From Octopus vulgaris (Eukaryota): DNA of 64,000 bases. The position numbers and the translations under genes were made by a program. Where the stretch lies: contig OX597827.1 in assembly GCA_951406725.2 (NCBI GenBank), forward strand, positions 5,580,001 to 5,644,000. Reading direction: 5' to 3'. Below, in pieces: positions 55,601 through 64,000 of the stretch; within the stretch, counting starts at the first letter, position 1; every line of letters begins with the position of its first letter. A model generated the notes under the pieces. That model saw only the letters and a list, made by a program, of their open reading frames with translations, had not been told where the DNA came from and did no database searches.

Positions 55601-56853
55601 GAGAGAATTTTAAAAAAATTATTACACCTATACTTACAGTATTCATTTATGGTACCTTGGTGCTGTGGTAAGTCACCCATGTCAAAACTAGACTCAGAAA
55701 CTAAATTATTGTGACATGATATTAGAACAGAGCAGTTTAAACAGAAAATAGTGTTGAATCACAGCAATGGTGCATTGACAAAGTTTTAGTAAAAGAGAAG
55801 AGGCAACACTAAGAAGAGTCTGAGAACTGTAGCAGCTCCTGCTTTTTGCATTAAGCAACTGGATTTATTATCTTAGCTAGCAAAATTTCCTGGCATTATA
55901 CTTTATTTTAGATTATTGGAGAACCTTTAATGAAGATTTCTTTTGACAGCAGCCAAAATCTCTCCAAGCTGAAGTAATTAGAGCTAAGAACTATTCCTAA
56001 TGCTAGAGAACAATGCCATTGACAAAATGTAAACTCATCATCTGTGTGTAGCTAATATCATAGAACTAGTTATGTATCAGATATGTTTGTGAGAGTTATT
56101 CAAACAAAATGAACGGAACGGACAAAGAAAAAAATTTCATTTACCATATTTATGTCAATTTTAGCTTTAAAACTTGTTATGACTTCTGTCTGTCTCCTAC
56201 CTTAATCACATGAGCTACTTTTGTAAACCAAAACTCAAAATTCAAATATTTGCTCCATGGCTCTGTTATTTGATTAATTAAGTTCTAAGCATTGATATTT
56301 ACTTTATGTTAGTCTTATAGTGGCTTTGAACTTTACCAATATAAGGTGGATATTTATCTAAAGCTAATCCTATCATTTGCTACCTGCTTTATTGATCAAG
56401 GTTACTGCTAAAACGTATAAGCAAACACACTTCTTTTGCTTCTTATTGTCACTAGTACTACCCATTTTCTAAGCAAAAAAAACGAGTTGCTGGGGCAACT
56501 ACCACTGCCAATACCTCCTCTATTGGCTATAGGCTATACACTGATGATAAGCCAGCAGGTGGGGGACATTTATGTAGTAATTTGACTTGCTAGAAATTAC
56601 AACCAAATCTCTCTTAAGTCACACTATTGTGTGTAATAATGATACACTAGACAGTTGAGAATTGGTGGTGTGGCAGTCAATCTTCTGATCAAAATGAAGG
56701 AAACTCTTTTTCCATTGATTTTTGAAATTGCTGCTGCTCTTTTATGTTGCAACCAACAGATAGCGTAAGCAAAATATCATTTTACAGTGACAGGGCAGGA
56801 TTCTTACTCAGAATTCACATAGCCGGAACACTTTAGAGATGATATTAAAGATA

Positions 56854-56906
<53 letters not shown>

Positions 56907-57103
56907 GGTGGTGGTGGTGGTGGTGGTGGTGGTGGTGGTGGTGGTTATGGTGGTGGTGGTGGTGGTGGTGGTGGTGGTGGTGGTGGTGGTGGTGGTGGTG
57001 GTGGTGGTGGTGGTGGTGGTGGTGGTGGTGTTGGTGGTGGTGGTGGTGGTGGTGGTGGTGGTGGTGGTGGTGGTGGTGGTGGTGATGATGATGATGATGA
57101 TGT
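56854..57103. repeat. (GAT)n-(GGT)n-(GAT)n microsatellite
   Basis: Direct observation. Confidence 0.97.
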
Positions 57104-57131
57104 TGTAAAAGTTCGTTATATTCTCTATTTA

Positions 57132-57540
57132 TTCTTTTATTCTTTTACTTGTTTCAGTCATTTGACTGTGGCCATGTTTGAGCACCGCCTTAAAGGGTGT
57201 TAGTCGGAGAAATCAACCCCAGGATTTATTCTTTGTAAGCCTAGTAGTTAATCTATCAGTCAATTTTGCCAAACCGCTAAGTTATGGGGGCATAAACACA
57301 CAAGCATTGGTTGCTAAGTGATGGCGGAGGGACAAACACAGACACACACACAAATATATACATTTATACACACACACAACGGGCTTCTTCTGGTTTCCAT
57401 CTACCAAATCCACTCATAAGGCTTTGGTTGACATGAGGCTATAAGTAGAAGACACTTGCCCAAGGTGCCACACAGTGGAACTGAGCCCGGAATCATGTGG
57501 TTGGTAAACAAGCTTCTTACCACACAGCCACTCCTGCGCC
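57132..57540 (-). mobile_element. SINE family A
   Basis: Complete, moderately diverged. Confidence 0.87.
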
Positions 57541-57837
57541 TCTTGTCCAGTTACAAATGTAATGCATTCTGTGTGACTCCTTAACAATCCTGTCAATCCA
57601 CTATCATGGATTTATTAACCATGAAAGGAAGAAAGGTAAATATGACCTCAGTAGGATTTGAAATCAGAACTCAAAGGGTAAAAAAAAATACCATAAAACA
57701 TTCGGTCCAACATTCTAATGACTCTGCTAATTTGCCGCTTTAACAGAGTTTTAGATGTAGGATAATTTGGGGATGGTCAAGACTGAGATGTCTTTATCAT
57801 AGGTCTCTTTGATCAGAGGTCATCTGAGGTTAAATAA

Positions 57838-58415
57838 TCTTTCTACTATAGGTGCAAGCCCTGAAATTTGGACAAGTGGGATAGTCAATCACCTTGACCC
57901 CAGTGCATAACTGGTACTTAATTTATCCACTCTGAAAGGATAAAAGGCAAAGTCGACTTTGGCGGAATTTGAACTCAGAACACAAAGACAGATGAAATGT
58001 TGTTAAACATCTTGCCTGACATACTAACGATTCTGACAGCTCACCGCCTTAATAAGGTGGCATCTGCTATAGGCACAAAGCCTGAAATTTGAGAGTGGGG
58101 GATAGTCGATTACATCAACCCCAGTACTTAACTTGTACTTAATTTATCCACCCTCAAAAAAAAAAAAAGAAAAGACAAAGTCGACATCAGCAGAATTTGA
58201 ACTCAGAATGTAAAGACAGACGAAATGTCATTAAATAATTTTATCTGGTGTGCTAACAAATGTCAACTCACCGCCTTAATATGGTAGCATATCCCTTGCA
58301 AGTATAGGCACAAGGCCTGACATTTGGGGGAGAGGATGAAAGGCAAAGTCGACCTCAGCAGAATTTGATCTCAGAATATTAAGATGGACAAAATGCTGCT
58401 AAACATTTTGCTTGG
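57838..58415 (-). mobile_element. Head-to-tail array of three SINE family B variant copies
   Basis: Each begins (plus strand) with tataggcacaaggcctgaaattt-like and contains aaagtcgac...gaatttgaactcagaa. Confidence 0.8.
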
Positions 58416-58742
58416 AATACTATCATCATCATTACAGTTCACAAAGGAGCCTCTACATCATAGGTTCTCAGGCTTTTTGACTTTGTACTTCACTGGAGAT
58501 CAAACAAAAATTACTGTAACACTTCACATGGAAATTTTTTAAAAATCTGCTTTGAAGTTAAAAAATTCTGGATTAAAAAAATGCAGTTGCAGGCATGAAA
58601 GTGTGATTAAAATATTCACTTTGCAATCATGACATTTCAATTTCAATTCCGCTGCAAGGCACCTTAGACAAGTGTTGTCTACAATAGTCTTTGGGCTGAC
58701 CAATGTCTTGTGGGTACATTTAATAGACAGAAACTGTGATTA

Positions 58743-58975
58743 AGGCGGAGAACTGGCAGAAACGTTAGCCCACTGGGCAAAATACTTAATGGTATTTCAT
58801 CTGTCATTACGTTCTGAGTTCAAATTCCGCCAAGGTTGACTTTGTCTTTCATCCTTTCGGGGGTTGATAAATTAAGTACCAGTTACGCAATGGGGTTGAT
58901 GTAATCTACTTAATCCCTTTGTCTGTCCTTGTTTGTCCCCTCTGTATTTAGCCCCTTGTGGGCAATAAAGAAATA
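58743..58975 (+). mobile_element. SINE family B
   Basis: Full length. Confidence 0.88.
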
Positions 58976-59342
58976 AGGAACTGTGCTTAATCTTGTATGC
59001 ATGTGTTTGTGTGTGTGTATGTGAGGGGTGGGGCAACCACCCAAGCCATGCTAGCATGGAACATGGACATTAGATGATGATGATGGTGGTGGTGGTGGTT
59101 GTGGTGATGATGACGATGACGATGATGTAAAAGTTTTTTATGTTCCCTATTGTCCAGCTACAGAATTTTAAAACATTTTTTTCCTCTTTCTCTGCAAATT
59201 AATTTCAAATCTAATTTAGAAGAAAACCTTTGAACCATAGAAGTTGAGGTTAGTGAAACAAAAACAAGTCTGATTCATCAAATTACCGAATTATCAGAAG
59301 ACAAATGCAATTTCTATTTCATAATTATTAGATAGAAATATA

Positions 59343-59834
59343 GGCATAGGAGTGGCTATGTGGTAAGTAGCCTGCTAACGAACCACATGGTTTTCGGGTT
59401 CAGTCCCACTGCATGGCACCTTGGGCAAGTGCCTTCTACTATAGCCTTGGGCTGACCAAAGCCTTGTGAGTGGATTTGGTAGACGGAAACTGAAAGAAGC
59501 CCATTGTATATATGTTTATATATATGTATATGTGTGTATATGTTTGTGTGTTTGTGTTTATCCCCCCCAACACCACTTGAAAACCAATGCTGGTCTGTTT
59601 ACATCCCTGTAACTTAGCGGTTTGGCAAAAGAGACTGATAGAATAAGTACTAGGCTTCCAAAGATTAAGTCCTGGGATCGATTTGCTCTACTAAAGGTGG
59701 TGCTCCAGCATGGCCACAGTCACATGACTTATTCTATTGGTCTCTTTTGTCAAACTGCTAAGTTATGGGGACATAAACACACCAACACTGGTTGTCAAGT
59801 GATGGTGCGGGGACAAACACAGACACAGAAACAT

Positions 59835-59865
<31 letters not shown>

Positions 59866-60031
59866 TACATATATACAACAGGCTTCTTTCAGTTTCCGTC
59901 AACCAAGTCCACTCACAAGGCTTTGGTAGGCCTGAGGCTATAATAGAAGACACTTGCCCAAGGTGCCATACAGTAGGACTGAACCCAGAACCATGTGGTT
60001 GGTAAGCAAGCTACTTACCACACAGCCACTC
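59343..60031. mobile_element. Tail-to-tail fused pair of SINE family A (plus 59343-59729, minus 59727-60031)
   Basis: Both 3' ends truncated and joined at shared ACT. Confidence 0.88.
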
Positions 60032-60146
60032 TTATATGTATTATATGTATATATGTGGGTATTTTGAATGGGGACTATTGCTGCTGCTGCCAACAGTTGC
60101 TTCTGGAGTAAGAGAGGTAGAGACTTAAATATATATATTATAAAAT

Positions 60147-60297
60147 GCACCCACTACACTCACGGAGTGGTTGGCGTTAGGAAGGGCATCCAGCCGTAGA
60201 AACACTGCCAGATCAGACTGGGCCTGGTGCAGCCTTCTGGCTTCACAGACCCCAGCTGAACCGTCCAACCCGTGCTAGCATGGAAAGCGGACGCTAA

Positions 60298-60328
<31 letters not shown>
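60147..60328 (+). mobile_element. Family C RTE-type 3' end
   Basis: Near-identical to the 15531 copy, (ATG)n tail. Confidence 0.82.
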
Positions 60329-60329
<1 letters not shown>

Positions 60330-62095
60330 ATACTATCTATTTATGTGTATGTGGGTGTGGATGTGTGTGTATATGAGACCTATTATATTGGAAATATATA
60401 AATTGATGATTATTCCACATTCTTTTCTCTTTCAAGATGAAATGGTCAAATTCTATGCCCAGTTATATACACAATTTCTCAACTATCACAATGAAAGTTT
60501 TGCAAAATGAAGTTTGCATAATTATACATTTTACTACAATAAATACTTCTATTGCAAAATACTTCAGATTTTAAAGAATAATATCACTACTGCAAACAAA
60601 CAAAATTAATTTAAACTGTATCATATTTGCACAGAAATGGCTTGGAAACTCTAAGAGATAATTTGCTTCACACAGACAATAGAAAAAAACGTACACCATT
60701 ATAATAACTCACTACCAAGAATAATCACAAATAAGTTTGCTATTCTCTGTATTAAATATCAACTATCACCTGCTGAAACTAATCAATAGAAAGATTTGTT
60801 AAAAAGAGTATTGCATCTTTTGAGTAAACAAGAAAACATAACATAATTACTTGTCTGACAATTATTTACTGCAGTAAAGGAGTCTTTGTGAGGTTTGTTA
60901 CATGACCTGCTAAAAATAGCAGCCAAATCTTGTTCAATACACCACATCCGAACTTCTTAAAAAAATAAAGATATATAGGATCACAGTTGGAATCCTTTTT
61001 TTTTTTCTTTTTATCTGATTAGTTTGAGAAAGAAAGGTTGCCCTTATGATGATTTTAAGGGTCATTTTCAGGGTCTCCAAGAAGGAACCACTGTCTGGTC
61101 ATCACATGACCTATTGAAAATAACAGCCAAGATTGCTTCAATAAATTACATCCTATCTTCTCAAAAAAATTATGAGACAGGAACAGGAGTGGTGGTGGCG
61201 GTGATGGCGATGATGGTGGTGATGATGATGATGATGATGATGACAATGATTACAGCTGGATTTTCTTTTTACTACTTAGTCAAGGTAAAAGAATAAAAGG
61301 CAACACTCATGATGAACCTTTGGCTTTTTTCTTCAGAGCCTCCAAGCACGGTAGAAAGAAGTGTAAAAGGTATCCTGAAATCAGATTCTTGACTTGCATT
61401 AGAAGTGTAATAAAATAAACTTGCATTGATGTGACCTCCACTGAAGAACCAAGTGGTGGGGTTAAAGCAATCAATGGGTCTGTTTGAGCAGATCTTTTCT
61501 AGGGTTAAACAAAAACTTGTTAAAAACATACTACCTATATAGTTAGAGTTTCTAATTTAGGCACAAGACCAGCACTTTTCAGGGGAAGATCCCAGCAATC
61601 TTCGTACTAGACTGATACTTTATTTTATGTGAGTGTGTGTGTATGCATGTGAATGTATATATGTATATATACACATACACATACACACACATACATATAC
61701 ACACTCATACACACTCCTACACATACATAGACATACACATGATGGGTTTCAGCAGAGTTTGTGTCTACTAAATTCCACTCAACCTGAGACTAACTAAAAA
61801 CACCCAATGTGCCACACAGTGAGATTGAAACCTGAGTCATGTAGTTACAAAGCAAACTTCTTAACCACACAGCCATGCCTGTGTCTCTTTTGAAGACACA
61901 TGTTTTTGCTCATTGATAAATATAAGGTTCTACACTGCTATGTAAAATCAACATCATAAAATGATCAAGGCTGGAGAATTAGCAGAAACAGTAGACTACC
62001 AAACTACATATCATACCGAATTCAGGTTTATCATACTATATATTACCAAATTCTAAGTCTATAAATAACCAAAGTTGGCTGTTTTACATTTCCCC

Positions 62096-63145
62096 ATGCT
62101 CACTTAGGACCATCGCTTACGTTTCTTGCATGAGTTCAAGCTTGGGCACAATACCTCCCAAACTGCTGCCAATATCAACAGAGCACGAAGAGAGGGGTCC
62201 ACAAGTGATCACACAGTACGAAGGTAGTTTCAGAAAAAACCTTGAAGATGAAGACGGTAGAGGACGGTCATGCAGTCTTGACAATGAACAACTGAAAGCA
62301 ATTGCTGAACAAAACCCATGTCAAAGTGTCAGAGAAATGTCTCAGGTACTTGGTGTCAGTGTTGCAATGGTTTCATGCAATTTGCAGAAGATTGGTGAGG
62401 TGAAAAAGCTCAATAAATGGGTACCACATGAGCTCAATGAAAATCAAAAAGTTTGGCGTTTTGAAGTGTGCTTGATGTTCTTTCTGTGAAATACCAATGA
62501 TCCTTTTCTTGACTGAATAGTCACTGTGATGAAAAGTGGATCCTTTATGATAACCGTAAATGATCAGGTCAATGGCTTGATCCAAGCATTTCCTGAAGCC
62601 AAAGTTGCATCAACAAAAGATTATGGTGACTGCCTGGTGGTCTGAAATTGATGTTGTCTGGAAGCCAATCAGAGCATTGCAGCAGAGGTTTACTGCAATC
62701 AACTTGCTGAAATGCATGCTCACTTGCAAAAAATGAGACCTGCATTGGTGAATCCACATGGCCCAATTCTATTCCACGATAATGCAAAGCCACATGTTGC
62801 AAGAATGACAATGCAGAAACTCACAGACTTGGGATATGAGACTTTACCACATCCTCCATATTCTCCTGATCCTTCACCCACTGACTGCCATTTTTTAAAG
62901 CATTTAAACACATTTTTAAGCAATAAAACTTTCAGGTCAAAACCAGAGGTGGAATCAGTTTTCAAAGATTTTTTAATATCAAAGCCAATAAGTTTTTATC
63001 AACAAGGCATAAATAATCTCATTGACAGCAGAGATGCAGAGATGTTCATGGCTTGTACTTTGACAAATCAAAACATTTCTATTGTTAATTTTTCCAGAAT
63101 AAAATTATGTTTCTGAAATCATCCATTATTTTCAGAACAACCTAA
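62096..63145 (+). pseudogene. Decayed mariner transposase with 3' TIR
   Basis: FLHEFKLGHN, WVPHEL, frameshifted TCDEKW, HDNAKPH, YSPDPSPTDCHF; terminal ttattttcagaacaacctaa|ta; stops and frameshifts; no 5' TIR seen. Confidence 0.92.
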
Positions 63146-63416
63146 TAGTAAGATGGAAAATAATGCTTATTTTTGTAAACTTCCACTTTATTTACATTTA
63201 AAAACTTTTCTTCAACTTCTTTTAATTGCAAAGTCTTTGATCAGATCCTCATTATGACACCATAAATGTATTCCATCTTGGTTTTCATAAAGACAAGATG
63301 GAATAGACAGAGCAAGACTAGAGAGAAGAGGAGACACGAAGAACAGATAGTCATTGAAGAGTTTACAGTATGTTTGACAAAAAAACCTTGGACAAATAAA
63401 CTAATAATTATAATAA

Positions 63417-63853
63417 TCCTTTCTACTATAGGCACAAGACTTGGAATTTCAGGAGAGGGGCAATTCAATTACACCAACCCCAGTAATCAGCTGGTTCTTA
63501 TTTTGTTGACCACAAAAGGATGAAAAGCATAGTCCACCATGGTGGAATTTGAACTCAGAACAAGAAGACAGATGAAATGCTGCTGAGTAGGTCACCTGGC
63601 ATGCTAACAATTCTGCCAGCTGGCCACCTTAAATAATAATAGTAATCCTTTCTACGGAAGGCACAAGGCCTAAAATTTGAGGGGACGGGACTAGTCGATT
63701 ACATCAACCCCAGCGCTTTACTGGTACTTGACTTGTCGATCCTGAAAGGATAAAAGGCAAAGTCGACCTCGGCAGAATTTGAACTCAGAACGTAGTGATG
63801 GACGAAATACTGCTAAACAGCTCATCCAGCATGCTAACAATTTTACCAGCTTG
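63417..63853 (-). mobile_element. Two tandem SINE family B variant copies
   Basis: 63417-63630 and 63645-63853. Confidence 0.82.
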
Positions 63854-63855
63854 CA

Positions 63856-63905
63856 ATAATAATAATAATAATAATGATGATGATGATGATAATAATAATA
63901 ATAAT

Positions 63906-63950
<45 letters not shown>

Positions 63951-63975
63951 TATTATTATTATTATTATTATTATA
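63856..63975. repeat. (AAT)n/(GAT)n/(ATT)n microsatellite
   Basis: Direct observation. Confidence 0.95.
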
Positions 63976-64000
63976 AAATGAAGATCAAGTAAATAGTGCA

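Overview
AT-rich eukaryotic, repeat-dominated DNA. The SINE families and microsatellite load resemble an Octopus (coleoid cephalopod) genome, but this is inferred from pattern recognition, not a database hit. I found no intact host protein-coding gene; almost all listed ORFs are translations of (TA)n, (CA)n, (TATG)n or (GGT)n tracts or of SINEs. Recognisable content: dozens of tRNA-derived SINEs of at least 3 families, RTE-LINE 3' fragments, two decayed mariner transposons, a Penelope-like (PLE) reverse transcriptase relic, three non-autonomous Helitrons, and piggyBac-, hAT- and Tc1/pogo-type MITEs with clear TIRs/TSDs. The most interesting signal is a set of short non-coding elements carrying type I hammerhead ribozyme cores of the PLE type, most of them inside (TA)n tracts and several with inverted arms and one longer tail. 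They include two copies with intact cores, a 124-bp perfect palindrome with CUGAUGA in its loop, a natural-looking G3:C8 compensatory core variant, and a tRNA-headed SINE with a hammerhead tail and a 12-bp TSD. The window also holds three local inverted duplications of mostly unique sequence plus inverted SINE pairs, which could give long dsRNA if transcribed. All alignments and folds were done by eye; ends of diverged repeats are approximate.
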